From positions 1 through 41,633 of IMG/VR virus record IMGVR_UViG_3300037991_002153: DNA of 41,633 nt; one strand, 5' to 3'. The notes beneath the pieces are model-generated. The model was not told where the DNA came from and did not search any database. It worked only from the letters and a program-made list of their open reading frames with translations. A program made the position numbers and the translations under genes. Origin of the DNA: a virus. Its lineage: Duplodnaviria; Caudoviricetes. This document shows, one piece after another, positions 16,301-25,640 of the stretch (positions within the stretch are counted from its first letter, which is position 1; every line of letters starts with the position of its first letter).

Positions 16301-17354
16301 TTGCTTTTATAGAGTCAATACCTTTCTTAGCGTATTTTAACGCTGCTTTTTGTGCTGTTAACCCACCTATAACTCCTGCTGCATGAATATAACCCTCTAC
16401 ATTAATATCCTCACCGCTTAACACAGGAGCAAGTGTACCAAAAGATGCAGTCTCTACTGCTTTAACAGCAAGTGTTTGAGTTGCAGGATTTAAATTTTTT
16501 AAAGCAGACCTGATAATTGGGCCAGTGCCGGCAGTAGCCGCACCTAAAGCAGTCCCCTTAACACCTTCTTTTAGAGCCATGACTTCATCAAAATCACCTG
16601 TTTCTATTTTAGTCATTGCACCAGTTGCTAACCCCTGATAAAAACCAAGGCCTGTTGCTCCGGTAGCTCCCTCAATCAAGACCTTGTGTACTACTCTAGG
16701 AGCTGCTTGCTCAACAGCTTTTTTTGCTACAGTAGGGGCTACTCCATTGCCAGTCATTATTTGTATAGCTTTATTAGGAGCATTGCCCAATATTTGTTTT
16801 ACAGCAAGATCATCTAACTTATTGGCCACTATTTTATTAGTAGCTGTTTTAGATAAACCTTTTTTTAATGCTTCTTTCGCACCCGCTTTTAATGCTTGTT
16901 TAGCAGCGAACCCACCTACACCACCTCCTGCTGCCATTGTAGCAAAGTCTAAGGGTTGTATAAAAGATATAATTGTAGCACCTATATCCTCTAAGGTTTC
17001 AGGTTTATAATTACCTAAGTCAAACCTTTTATTTCCAGATACGACTTGTTCTGTAAGCCCAGTAATACTTCTATTATATCCATCTTTTACCCAGTTTGGT
17101 AGCCATTTGCCCGGAATAAAACCATACAAAGTTTCATCTTCAGATGACTTTCTAACTTTCTCAAGTTCTACATTTCTTTCAAGTAAATAATCAGTATAAC
17201 TATACTCATTATTTTTTGGACTTAAATTTTCTTCTACATAATCAGAAGCTTCATGTAGTCTATTTAATGTATTTGAATTAACTGTATCGTAATTTTTATA
17301 TGCTAAATCTAAAGCATCCGTATAGGATCTATATGAATCTGGATTGGTTGGCAT
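13347..17354 (-). CDS. Large internal virion/DNA-ejection protein
   Basis: 1335 aa; last late gene; Ala/Gly-rich hydrophobic N-terminal region and helical C-terminus (RPFFLFKKFGYKQ); position typical of podovirus ejectosome genes. Confidence 0.65.
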   Translation of the reverse strand: MPTNPDSYRSYTDALDLAYKNYDTVNSNTLNRLHEASDYVEENLSPKNNEYSYTDYLLERNVELEKVRKSSEDETLYGFIPGKWLPNWVKDGYNRSITGLTEQVVSGNKRFDLGNYKPETLEDIGATIISFIQPLDFATMAAGGGVGGFAAKQALKAGAKEALKKGLSKTATNKIVANKLDDLAVKQILGNAPNKAIQIMTGNGVAPTVAKKAVEQAAPRVVHKVLIEGATGATGLGFYQGLATGAMTKIETGDFDEVMALKEGVKGTALGAATAGTGPIIRSALKNLNPATQTLAVKAVETASFGTLAPVLSGEDINVEGYIHAAGVIGGLTAQKAALKYAKKGIDSIKAKQYENAMDAETTARYIMEGTNKEFHQKSGRNIIESKEVFTDRYGTEFDRISINEKKQTVKLRNKETRKTDELNYDQFDQLLFRRKSKAKTEKGLAISRNNQINNIRKELNIDQKRFNEYIDSSRLQTPSANVKNKYSLNSLNGVERLKLLNEMRHEKRVVDFSTQLEKAGWEGSLLPKKRFLDQVFPNLPKFWRQTKNRATTQLEQLSFQDFDRFNARELTLTGDFIQQFRSAGVFKGGIFKTKKLLDYNKSLADKLEDPRYASIKNKDLPDFKKVQEIRKVMNYIWDLSQKAGGIDLGPREQYYFPHMIKPEFLAIFSKDIAKVSKNNGDLTYNINLPNNKDFQKLINIFIETNQFDPATVKTLQKLAKVDPKVTPRTPAEIAKNNKKMARAFYDLSQNITSQYNNTAKNLEFARKGVEIPKEFMERDTRLVLTRYAKQAANRIAYTETLGANGERITSRINALHTSAKDAFKANDLKLSTQLNNSSKLLKQLFSAATNDIETNPSYNWKSSAAKKFWGDIVDFQIGTKIGLGFATIPNITQTFISTAIRTGYKPLAQATYNLSLNPVVDAKTGLRYRDAIRKSGVSNLSVFQMISNLEPSDRFMGKFADLSTRVSQFQRINEFNQLISAAAAREWILALRKTANGKSALLDTGIKLPQLLGGARINRRQWAIKTLNELGFADHTKTPSQRQLYEAMYRFSRDSQLQRNVLTEPLVSLDPRWRPFFLFKKFGYKQFNWIREQLTTEVSRGNLFPMLRLGLAGMAGGEFVGYARDALAEWIAGNEVYDTNRYMFPYLLKGTKLSSVGSDQFVEMSEFTIDDYVDRFASVGAFGVIGDIVANENKIRAIEFAFKPAIVQDFDKIWSAMTRTIEDTKDYGIGTAKRIPKYIAPVLGTVPRRFLERFEPMGQRAAYVKRIKQLRLGDIKDAIIDGNSEKAVRLINDYNRTYGSENPIMYDDYDADSITNRIINRIKKRQENIRRPNP

Positions 17355-17357
17355 ATT

Positions 17358-18914
17358 TTATATTGCTTGTTGTACTGGCTTTGCTGTAGATAAACTTTTA
17401 AATAATTGTTTTAATCTACTATCTGATAAGTTTGTACTCCTACTTAAAACAGAAAAGAAATCACTGCTAAAACTCTTATCTATAAATTCACCAGTATTAG
17501 GGTCAATAAAATCACCATATTCTTTTTTAATCTTTTCTGCTATAGACTTAATGCTTTTATTTAATCTACCTTTTGTAAAATCAGGATTCGCAGTTTTATC
17601 TGCGGTATCAAGCCTTAACATTAAATTGTTTAACTTTTGAATGTCACCAGCATACCTTTGTGCAACTCTAGGATTACTTTTTCTACCTGTCTCTAAAGTA
17701 ATATCCTTCACATCAAAATTTCCTACTGGAGCTGTGCTAATTTTTTCTATATTTAGTGTATCGTCTCTAGCTGGCTCTGTATTAATATTTCCCTGTCCAG
17801 CTTGTGCTTGAGGTATAATCCTAGGAAGCACAGTTCCTCCCTGATCACTTTCATCAGGATCAGATGTTAAGTTTTGAAGCATTTCATCTGTTCGATTTTC
17901 TAAGTCTATGTCAGCTAAACTTTCCTCAGAAGAAGGGGTGAACTCTAGAGTTTTTTGACCAAACCCTAGATTAGGCAGTGTAATTCCTCTTGCAGCAGCA
18001 TCACTAAGTTTTTGTCTCTCAGCCTTTTTCTCATTATATTGATCTCTGGTTTCTGTAGCATACTTACTTTCAAGTATTTTTAACTCATTCTTTTTATCAT
18101 CAATACCCTTTACAAAACTTTTTACGTCCATCCCTGTTCTTAATACTGGGCCAGTAGCTGATGCTAATTGCTTAGTGTCTTCGTCTATTGACTCTTTAAT
18201 TCGATTATACTCATCAAGATCTCTTTGACCATCTGGGCCAGAAGTAGGCCACTCACTTAAAGGTAAAAAACCTTTATTGTATTTTATAACTTTATCTAAA
18301 TTTAATTTCATTAAATTTGTTAAAGTATTATCTCTACGATCACCAATCTTAATCTTATCTCCATATTTATCACGATAAGCATTAATCATATCTTCTACCT
18401 TATAAGGAGATGTACTTTCATTATAATAAGCATTTCTTACTTCACCTAAATCAGAATCCATTCCCTCTTCACTTTTACCCATTTGAAGCATTGAAGCGGC
18501 CATATCCTCTTTACCAGCCGCTTTAAGAAAATCTGATGACATTTTATAGTTACCTTTATTAGCAGCAGAAATACCAAATTGAAAAAGCTTATTATTTTCT
18601 TCCCTTTCTATATCTTGAAGCCTATTGTATTCAGCCGCTTTTTCTCTAGCTCTCTGACGTTTTTGCTCTGATACATATTTTAAATTTTCAATGTTCTGCT
18701 GGTCAATTGATCTCTGCTCTGCCCTTTGTCTGTAAGCACGATCCTCTTCATATTTTTTATCTGCTAGTTGCTGTCTGCCAATCGCTAATTGATTTTGTTG
18801 AAACTGATTTATATAATCTGGTAAACGATCTAAAAAGTCGGCAAGGGGCGTTTCGTATTGACCGGGAGCCATACGCTGTCTTCTACTGTATATTGTTTTA
18901 GTGTGTCCGGGCAT
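17358..18914 (-). CDS. Internal virion/ejection protein
   Basis: Q/E/R-rich coiled-coil N-terminus; middle gene of the three-gene terminal cluster. Confidence 0.55.
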   Translation of the reverse strand: MPGHTKTIYSRRQRMAPGQYETPLADFLDRLPDYINQFQQNQLAIGRQQLADKKYEEDRAYRQRAEQRSIDQQNIENLKYVSEQKRQRAREKAAEYNRLQDIEREENNKLFQFGISAANKGNYKMSSDFLKAAGKEDMAASMLQMGKSEEGMDSDLGEVRNAYYNESTSPYKVEDMINAYRDKYGDKIKIGDRRDNTLTNLMKLNLDKVIKYNKGFLPLSEWPTSGPDGQRDLDEYNRIKESIDEDTKQLASATGPVLRTGMDVKSFVKGIDDKKNELKILESKYATETRDQYNEKKAERQKLSDAAARGITLPNLGFGQKTLEFTPSSEESLADIDLENRTDEMLQNLTSDPDESDQGGTVLPRIIPQAQAGQGNINTEPARDDTLNIEKISTAPVGNFDVKDITLETGRKSNPRVAQRYAGDIQKLNNLMLRLDTADKTANPDFTKGRLNKSIKSIAEKIKKEYGDFIDPNTGEFIDKSFSSDFFSVLSRSTNLSDSRLKQLFKSLSTAKPVQQAI

Positions 18915-18925
18915 TTATAATCCTA

Positions 18926-20185
18926 TTAACCATACAGATCATCATAATAATCATCATAACCAGCCATCGTAGCCGAAACATTTCTATACGTGTTCTGCTG
19001 AGGATCCCATTCATATTCTTCTCCATTATAAACTACAGTCCCTTGATTAGTCGTTGGTAAACTTGTTACTGTATCTGCGGGAGCAGTGTACACATTTCTA
19101 AACTCCGCACCTTGATCTTCAAACATAGCAAGGTCTGCTAAGGTTTGTGATTCAAAATCTCTTTGAGCACTTTCTTGAGCTTGTGCAAATTGATCTTGAG
19201 CTATTTTTCTTTGTTGAGCTAGGGATTGCTGAATAGCCCCAGACCCTGCAAAACCAGCTTGAGACATTGCCTCCCCAGTTTGTTGAGTTCCTTGCATTAA
19301 ACTTTGTTGCATACCCTGAGCTAGTTGATTTAATTGAGTAGGATCAAACTGTTCAAACAAGGCTAATTGCTCTGGTGTGGCTGTGACCCCAGCATCTCTA
19401 AGTATTCCTTGAATATCGCTAACACCACCGCCATATTGATATTCAATAAGACCACCGTCCTGTACTTCTCTTAATGGATTAACATATCCATACTCATCAA
19501 CTGCCATACCGGGAAGAACTTCAGTTCCAAATTTATCTGTAGCTACCTCAGTAAAATTAGGACTAGCAAATCTAAAAAGCCCTTGATCTCCTGAGAATCC
19601 AGTAATACCTGTACCAGATACTAAGCTACTTATCCCCTGTCTACCTGACCCAGTCAAAGGGTTGTATGTACCGTATATACCACCACCGGGAGTTAACCCT
19701 GCTGTTAAGCCAGCTTGCAGACCAGCCATACCAGCTCTTCCTAAAATACCTTCATTAAACTCATCACTCGCTTCATCAACATCTCTAAATGCTTGTTGTC
19801 CAAATACAGTCCCAGAAGTATCGTAATCTCTAGCACGACCAGCTCCTAATCTTTCTCCAAAACCTTTCCCTAAACTAGTTCCAATAGCAGCTCCTGCAGG
19901 GCCACCAATAACCGCTCCTGCTAAACCACCTAGTAAACCTAAACCTTTGCCAAATAAACTACCACGACCCTGTCTTTTAGCTTCTTCTTTTTGAATCTCT
20001 TCTAACCTATCCTGATCAGCTCTTGCCTGTCTAGACCTTGCTAGTATCGCAGCTCCTCTAGATGTTTGTCCACCCTGCTGCATCATAGTCATTAAATTGG
20101 GTGATTCACCCATATAATACCCTGTCATATTAGGGCCTGATTTTAGAGGGGCTGAACTAGAATAAGTGTTGGATTTCTTATGCAT
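18926..20185 (-). CDS. Internal virion/ejection (pilot-like) protein
   Basis: Glycine-zipper GLGLLGGLAGAVIGGPAGAAIG; Q-rich helix with AGFAGSGA; carries xxGG motifs. Confidence 0.6.
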   Translation of the reverse strand: MHKKSNTYSSSAPLKSGPNMTGYYMGESPNLMTMMQQGGQTSRGAAILARSRQARADQDRLEEIQKEEAKRQGRGSLFGKGLGLLGGLAGAVIGGPAGAAIGTSLGKGFGERLGAGRARDYDTSGTVFGQQAFRDVDEASDEFNEGILGRAGMAGLQAGLTAGLTPGGGIYGTYNPLTGSGRQGISSLVSGTGITGFSGDQGLFRFASPNFTEVATDKFGTEVLPGMAVDEYGYVNPLREVQDGGLIEYQYGGGVSDIQGILRDAGVTATPEQLALFEQFDPTQLNQLAQGMQQSLMQGTQQTGEAMSQAGFAGSGAIQQSLAQQRKIAQDQFAQAQESAQRDFESQTLADLAMFEDQGAEFRNVYTAPADTVTSLPTTNQGTVVYNGEEYEWDPQQNTYRNVSATMAGYDDYYDDLYG

Positions 20186-20244
20186 GGTGTAATTCCATTG
20201 AATTTAATAAAGTTTTGTGTAATAATAAATAGTTTAATTTCATT

Positions 20245-20817
20245 TTACAAGCTTACTGTAAGAATACCATACCACTTGTCAAGATCTTTAAATAAGACAA
20301 TAATGTCATCATCTGTATCTAAAGGAAAATCACTACCTCCTGATACATAAATATTTCCAGAAGAAGTACTGTTATCTCTAACTACTACTGTTCTGCTATC
20401 ATCCGCTGCTTTCAATATTAATATTTGTCCTGTTACGCCACCATTAATATTATCTAAAGCATCTGATGATCCACCTTCCACTGCAACTTTATGAAAAGAT
20501 TTATTAACGGATATTGCTCCTGATGAAATTTGCAACTCAGAGCCTTGCTCAAAAATTAAATCTTTAGCAGTGACTCTTGATTTAGCTCTACCAACTACAT
20601 CTAAGTTTCTATCAATAATCTGATCACCATTTGTAGATAGGTAAGTCTTCCATAGTTTGCCAAACTTTTTACGATACAAGGCTAACAGTGTATTGCTTTT
20701 TTTGTGCAAAGCAACTTGTCCCTCTATCATACTAGAAGGAGAAGGAATACCGTCAAATTCAACAGTGCTTTGTTTAGTATTAATAACTTTACGAATATCT
20801 CTTTCAGTTAATGGCAT
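20245..20817 (-). CDS. Virion structural protein (tail needle/spike-like)
   Basis: Follows the nozzle gene; beta-rich C-terminal domain. Confidence 0.45.
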   Translation of the reverse strand: MPLTERDIRKVINTKQSTVEFDGIPSPSSMIEGQVALHKKSNTLLALYRKKFGKLWKTYLSTNGDQIIDRNLDVVGRAKSRVTAKDLIFEQGSELQISSGAISVNKSFHKVAVEGGSSDALDNINGGVTGQILILKAADDSRTVVVRDNSTSSGNIYVSGGSDFPLDTDDDIIVLFKDLDKWYGILTVSL

Positions 20818-23800
20818 TAACTAACTCTTTTATTTCTAATGATTCTATACTCTATGCTGAGATCATTAAACTCGAAAACTCCAGCACTACCAACATCAAA
20901 CTTTATTTGAATACTTTGACATGGTAATGGATTTGTAGCTGGCACTAGCTTAACAACATCCCATTGCCCTGATGTATTTACTAAATTTCCTGTAAATGTA
21001 CCACCACCACTACCTGAAAAATCTTGTTTGCCATCAATAGCGTATTTAAAAGGTGTGGTCTCAGCATCATCAGATTTATAAGTCACATAAACTGCATAGA
21101 CTTTCTTAATCAATCCCGGCTCACCAAAGTCAATATCTTTTGTCACAAACTCTTGTCCAGACAATGATTTACTAATTGGTAAAAACTTTTTAAAATCAAC
21201 ATCGTTACTATTTTGTAAACCTAAAACAAGATTGTTATTCCAGTCTGTTACAAAGTTTGTATATGTTTCATTTTCATCAAATATGTTGGTATGAAATATC
21301 CAACCATTACTATCAAAATCATATATCCATCCTTGATTAGAATTAGTGGTAGCATCGTTTGGGCTTCTAACCATAACCAAGGAATTACTAATCGCATCAT
21401 ATCCTAACATCACATCTTTGACATTACCACTACCTCTGTACCAAGATTGCCAGTCAACATTTGTTGATGTGTAAGATGCTTTACTAACAGCTATTTTATT
21501 TTCAATTAGATTGGTAGTCCTCCTACCATCGTAAATATAACAACCGTCATCAGAAACCCAAGCAACGCCATATCTTGTTTTTGCAACACTAAATGAAAAA
21601 TTTACTCCTGCATATTTTACAGTATCTTCTAAATACCAACCAGCAGGACTTGGACTTGCAATATTAATAACATGAACTAAATTATTTTTAAAGGCTAAAA
21701 GTCTATCAGCGTAAGATTCTAGAGCAGTATACTCACCATAATCTCCTTTAGAAACGTCAATAAAGTTATGTTCTAAAAAGGTATCAAACTTGTTGATCTC
21801 ACTATACATCAATCTATCACCATGTTTTTGAAGCTCTATATTTTTACCTTTTAATTTTACGTTTGCAATAAATGTTCTTCTGTTTGCAATTACAGAAGCT
21901 TTATATATTTCATTTCTACCACCAAAAGCATTAAAGTGTACATCAGGACTATACCCATTGATAGTATCATAAGTGTCTAAATTAGGTGAAGTTGCATTTC
22001 CAGCAGCATCTGCTATAACATAATACCCCCTACCATCTTGATAAGTCCAGCCCACATGATCGCCGTCAAAAGTCATTTTAACACCCTTAACAATATCTAT
22101 ATCAGCTAATAAAATTAAATCATTATCTGTATTGGCTAGCCTTGTATAAATTCTTGCACCATACAGCCTAGCATTGTAAGCAACATCAGCGTAAACAGAC
22201 ACCCTTAAAGATTTGCCGCCTGCCGCTGTGTGTGTGCCTGCTTCTAAATTTGTTCCATCGTCTCCATCTCCCATTTGGAGCGGTAAAGACTCTTGATTGT
22301 TTTCATAAACAAAACTTTGATAAAACTCATAAGTTCCCGCTTCCCAGTCACCATCAGCAGTTCCATCAGTTACTCCAATATTAAACCCCAAACCTCTTTC
22401 AAGGATTGGAGTGTCATCTTGTTTGTAAATATCTGGAGCCGTACCAGCTAAAGCACCTCCATAAGATCTTTGATAGGTTATTGGCCCAGCATCACCGCTT
22501 GATTCTTTCGTACAAAATAACACTTCTGTAGGAAAGGTACCCAATGCAGTTCCTATTGTAATAATCTCACCATTACTTGCCTGATCTAATATTTCATTAG
22601 AACCTGTATCCTCAAAAGATAATTGATCTATACGTCTAACAGTTAAGTTGTCTATGTCTGCGTGTTTAGTATTTGCGGTTTCGTTTACTCTAATAATAAG
22701 GTAGCTAGTTGTGGATGTCGCTGTATAAGGTGTTAACAGTGCTACGTTATCAATTCCACTAGATGCTATAAGACCTGTTTGGTTGTTAGTGTTTAATGTT
22801 GTAGCATCTGAACCCAAGGATGCCTGAACACCGGAATTGCTTGAGCTTAAAAGGTCAAAACTTATTTGGTAAGAAGCATCAGCAACCGTGACTAATCTTA
22901 AAGAAACAGTTCCTTGATTAGTTGCATCATTTGAAATAATTCCTATGCCAGCACTTATTTCAAAGGTGACATTGTTTACAGCAACAAATCCATCACTATC
23001 TAATAAGGTTGTGCCGCCATCTCCATTATTACCAGCAAATTGAAATGAACTATCATTAGTATTTAACGCTCCAGCAAAGAATGTTTTTTTAGCTGCTGGT
23101 AGCATATTGGCTAATTCACCAGTATCAGCTCTAAATCTTAACTCACTTGTGCTATTTTTCTTGGCCCTAGAAACACCTCTATTTTCACTAAAAAAATTAG
23201 TTGCTTCTGTATTTGTATGTTCATTGGAATTAAGTGTTGTATTACTTGATCCATTGACATCAGGGGAGTTTACATAAGCGTAAGTAAAAGAAGTAGCAAG
23301 TTTAGGAGGAGCTAAGGTGTTTGGGTTTTCTTGCCACCCAGCAAAAACTAATCCGTTTGTACTAGCAAACTGAGTCCTTTGTATATATCCAAACCACTTT
23401 ATAAAGCTTGTATTTTGCTCATTAATATTACATACCCTTAAAGATTCATCTACAAAATGATATATATATTGTGCATTATCACCATCTAAAGTAGGGTTTA
23501 TTGCGTTCTTAATCCATCCATCTGCACTAGAGGGACTTGTTCCATCGTAATCAGTGGTTGCATTATTTGACCAAACATCAATAGCATTATCGCTACTAGA
23601 ATCAACATCCCCTAATGCACACAACTTATCTCCGGGTGCTCTAATAACTTCTATAACAGGATCTGTACTGCCAGCAGACGTTTCATCAGTTAATATTTGT
23701 CCCTTTAAAGAATAGTAAACATCGCCAGTACTACCTAAAGCAGTTCCGTCTGTTGTAATTTCAGTAACCGTATAGACACCATTGTTATTAGCGGTTCCTG

Positions 23801-23927
23801 AAACCTTAATAGTATCTCCAACTTTTATTAAGTTTTGAACCGCAGAATCATCAGCAGTGTAAATAGTACTATTACTATTGTCAGTACCACCGACAAGTTT
23901 CATATAATTATTGGAAGGAGTTGACAT
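20817..23927 (-). CDS. Tail nozzle/stabilisation protein (P22 gp10/T7 gp12-like), main part with inserted beta domains
   Basis: Beta-propeller-like C-terminal half (NRRTFIANV, RLMYSE, LLAFKNN, GVAWVSDDGCYIYDG, FVTKDIDFGEPGLIKKVY). Confidence 0.7.
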   Translation of the reverse strand: MSTPSNNYMKLVGGTDNSNSTIYTADDSAVQNLIKVGDTIKVSGTANNNGVYTVTEITTDGTALGSTGDVYYSLKGQILTDETSAGSTDPVIEVIRAPGDKLCALGDVDSSSDNAIDVWSNNATTDYDGTSPSSADGWIKNAINPTLDGDNAQYIYHFVDESLRVCNINEQNTSFIKWFGYIQRTQFASTNGLVFAGWQENPNTLAPPKLATSFTYAYVNSPDVNGSSNTTLNSNEHTNTEATNFFSENRGVSRAKKNSTSELRFRADTGELANMLPAAKKTFFAGALNTNDSSFQFAGNNGDGGTTLLDSDGFVAVNNVTFEISAGIGIISNDATNQGTVSLRLVTVADASYQISFDLLSSSNSGVQASLGSDATTLNTNNQTGLIASSGIDNVALLTPYTATSTTSYLIIRVNETANTKHADIDNLTVRRIDQLSFEDTGSNEILDQASNGEIITIGTALGTFPTEVLFCTKESSGDAGPITYQRSYGGALAGTAPDIYKQDDTPILERGLGFNIGVTDGTADGDWEAGTYEFYQSFVYENNQESLPLQMGDGDDGTNLEAGTHTAAGGKSLRVSVYADVAYNARLYGARIYTRLANTDNDLILLADIDIVKGVKMTFDGDHVGWTYQDGRGYYVIADAAGNATSPNLDTYDTINGYSPDVHFNAFGGRNEIYKASVIANRRTFIANVKLKGKNIELQKHGDRLMYSEINKFDTFLEHNFIDVSKGDYGEYTALESYADRLLAFKNNLVHVINIASPSPAGWYLEDTVKYAGVNFSFSVAKTRYGVAWVSDDGCYIYDGRRTTNLIENKIAVSKASYTSTNVDWQSWYRGSGNVKDVMLGYDAISNSLVMVRSPNDATTNSNQGWIYDFDSNGWIFHTNIFDENETYTNFVTDWNNNLVLGLQNSNDVDFKKFLPISKSLSGQEFVTKDIDFGEPGLIKKVYAVYVTYKSDDAETTPFKYAIDGKQDFSGSGGGTFTGNLVNTSGQWDVVKLVPATNPLPCQSIQIKFDVGSAGVFEFNDLSIEYRIIRNKRVS

Positions 23928-24331
23928 TAACTTGGCAAGTCTGGAATATCTGCTGGAGTATCATCACTACTAGAAACTCTGTGAAAACTAATATTACCAT
24001 TTCCAGTCCCAATAGCTAAAGCAGTTCCACTTTTTGTTTCTGTAATTGTTTGTTCAGAAGAACCACTGTGATCAGACTCAAAGTAAAAGAATCCATATCC
24101 ACCAGATCCTATGATATTAGCCGTTCTATTGACAATATACTCTGATAAATCTGTAGTACCATCAGACCCTTCTTTGTTATCGTACAAACCACCTACAGTT
24201 TTTATTTTACCTAAAGAATCAATAGACATATCCTGTATATAAGAATATTCATTCTCAGGTATATCTCTAGGATCTTTACGATTATTCATCCCACCAGACC
24301 AATCCTTAATTGTCAGTCTTCTTTTAGGCAT
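23927..24331 (-). CDS. N-terminal segment of tail nozzle/stabilisation protein as a separate ORF
   Basis: IKDWSGGMNNRKDPRDIPENE...DMSIDSLGKIKTVGG resembles the usual nozzle N-terminus; TAATG junction to the next ORF. Confidence 0.6.
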   Translation of the reverse strand: MPKRRLTIKDWSGGMNNRKDPRDIPENEYSYIQDMSIDSLGKIKTVGGLYDNKEGSDGTTDLSEYIVNRTANIIGSGGYGFFYFESDHSGSSEQTITETKSGTALAIGTGNGNISFHRVSSSDDTPADIPDLPS

Positions 24332-24537
24332 TACTTGCTACCAAAGATTTTAGAGAAGAAACCTTTCTTAGATTTTTTACCTTTTGATCCTCCGATCTTT
24401 TTACCTTTCTTCTTTTTCTTCTTTACATCTGCATTTAAAGCATAAGAAATATCAGGGTATCTTTCAGGATACTGAACCATGTCTGGGATTGTTCCATGCA
24501 AACATGAGGTAGTGAGTAAGGTTATTATTATATTCAT
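24331..24537 (-). CDS. Small basic protein, possible lipoprotein
   Basis: MNIIITLLTTSC leader; poly-Lys tract; C-terminal KKGFFSKIFGSK. Confidence 0.6.
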   Translation of the reverse strand: MNIIITLLTTSCLHGTIPDMVQYPERYPDISYALNADVKKKKKKGKKIGGSKGKKSKKGFFSKIFGSK

Positions 24538-24540
24538 CTT

Positions 24541-24717
24541 TTACAACCCCAACTTTTTATAGAATACAGCTTTAATTACTTTCCACAATGCTTCAAGTAT
24601 AGCCTTTTCTGTTTTTTCTGAAATAATAGGAATATCAATTGACTTGTTAATTTCATCAATCAACTCATTCTTTGCATCTTCTGAGAACATCTCATCTGCA
24701 ATCATTTTAGCTAACAT
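24541..24717 (-). CDS. 58-aa hypothetical protein
   Basis: AAGGAG RBS; MLAKMIADEMFSEDAKNELIDEINKSIDIPIISEKTEKAILEALW...; TAATG junction. Confidence 0.65.
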   Translation of the reverse strand: MLAKMIADEMFSEDAKNELIDEINKSIDIPIISEKTEKAILEALWKVIKAVFYKKLGL

Positions 24718-24863
24718 TACTGCTCCTTTATTTTTTTTGTTTTTAAATATAAATAGTAAATATTAACTGCAAACATACAGCACATTAATATCCCTGAAAT
24801 AATATCTGTATAGTAGACTATACCTAAGCTTGTGCTAATACCACTTACTTTTAAACTATCCAT
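24717..24863 (-). CDS. 48-aa holin-like membrane protein
   Basis: MDSLKVSGISTSLGIVYYTDIISGILMCCMFAVNIYYLYLKTKKIKEQ; hydrophobic with basic tail; TAATG junctions on both sides. Confidence 0.55.
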   Translation of the reverse strand: MDSLKVSGISTSLGIVYYTDIISGILMCCMFAVNIYYLYLKTKKIKEQ

Positions 24864-25180
24864 TAATGTCTCCCATTAATTCTACTTAAACTACCTTTCA
24901 CTTCTGATACCTGATTATCTACTGAATTTACATCTTTTGATAATGCATCAAACTTACGATCTAATTTATCATCAGACTGATTCCATCTATTAATTAATTT
25001 AATAATCATTCCTTCCATATTCTCTAAAGTTTCAGACTGACCTTTGTTTTCTACTTTTAAATTTTCTAACTGCTCCTGCTGTTTTGCAGACTTATTCGAT
25101 AAAGAAATAACTAGATATACAAACATTGCTCCGACTACGCCAATCATCCCTGCTTCCCCGTATATAGCCATAAAATCCAT
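24863..25180 (-). CDS. Single-TM plus coiled-coil protein (holin/BhlA-like); start revised to 25180
   Basis: MDFMAIYGEAGMIGVVGAMFVYLVISL then coiled coil; TAATG overlap. Confidence 0.55.
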   Translation of the reverse strand: MDFMAIYGEAGMIGVVGAMFVYLVISLSNKSAKQQEQLENLKVENKGQSETLENMEGMIIKLINRWNQSDDKLDRKFDALSKDVNSVDNQVSEVKGSLSRINGRH

Positions 25181-25500
25181 TATTTCTTTTTCCTTTTCCT
25201 CCAAGATAGAGGGTTGATGTTAAGTTCTTTTTCATAGAACTTTAATTTACTTTCCAATTCTTCTAGTTGTGCAGATTCTTCCAACTCATGTTTAGCAAGG
25301 AGGCTCCGAATTTCATTATTAGCCTCCAGCATTTCTTCTTCAAGCTTTGCAATTCTTGTTTCAATGCGGTAGTAACCCCATACAAGACCAGAACACAATA
25401 CAATAATTTGAGCCATCCATTTAAGGTTGATGCTAATAACAGCATTGTCATCAATAACATTAGTCCTGTAAGACCTAGCGGTTTGAGGTTTTTCATTCAC
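25180..25500 (-). CDS. Single-TM plus coiled-coil protein (lysis-module-like); start revised to GTG 25500
   Basis: GGAGGTG RBS before GTG; WMAQIIVLCSGLVWGYY TM segment then coiled coil. Confidence 0.55.
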   Translation of the reverse strand: MNEKPQTARSYRTNVIDDNAVISINLKWMAQIIVLCSGLVWGYYRIETRIAKLEEEMLEANNEIRSLLAKHELEESAQLEELESKLKFYEKELNINPLSWRKRKKK

Positions 25501-25640
25501 TTCACCTCCCAGCCAGCAACAGACCAACCACCATCACATCCAATACAGGATATTAACAATATCCCTACAAAGACGAACTTTATAGGGATGTTGTAAGATG
25601 TTGTTGTAACCCAGTTATTTTTTTTCTTCTTCTTCTTCAT
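25497..25640 (-). CDS. 47-aa putative lipoprotein
   Basis: MKKKKKKNNWVTTTSYNIPIKFVFVGILLISCIGCDGGWSVAGWEVK; lipobox-like LISC/IGC; GTGA overlap with the next gene. Confidence 0.5.
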   Translation of the reverse strand: MKKKKKKNNWVTTTSYNIPIKFVFVGILLISCIGCDGGWSVAGWEVK

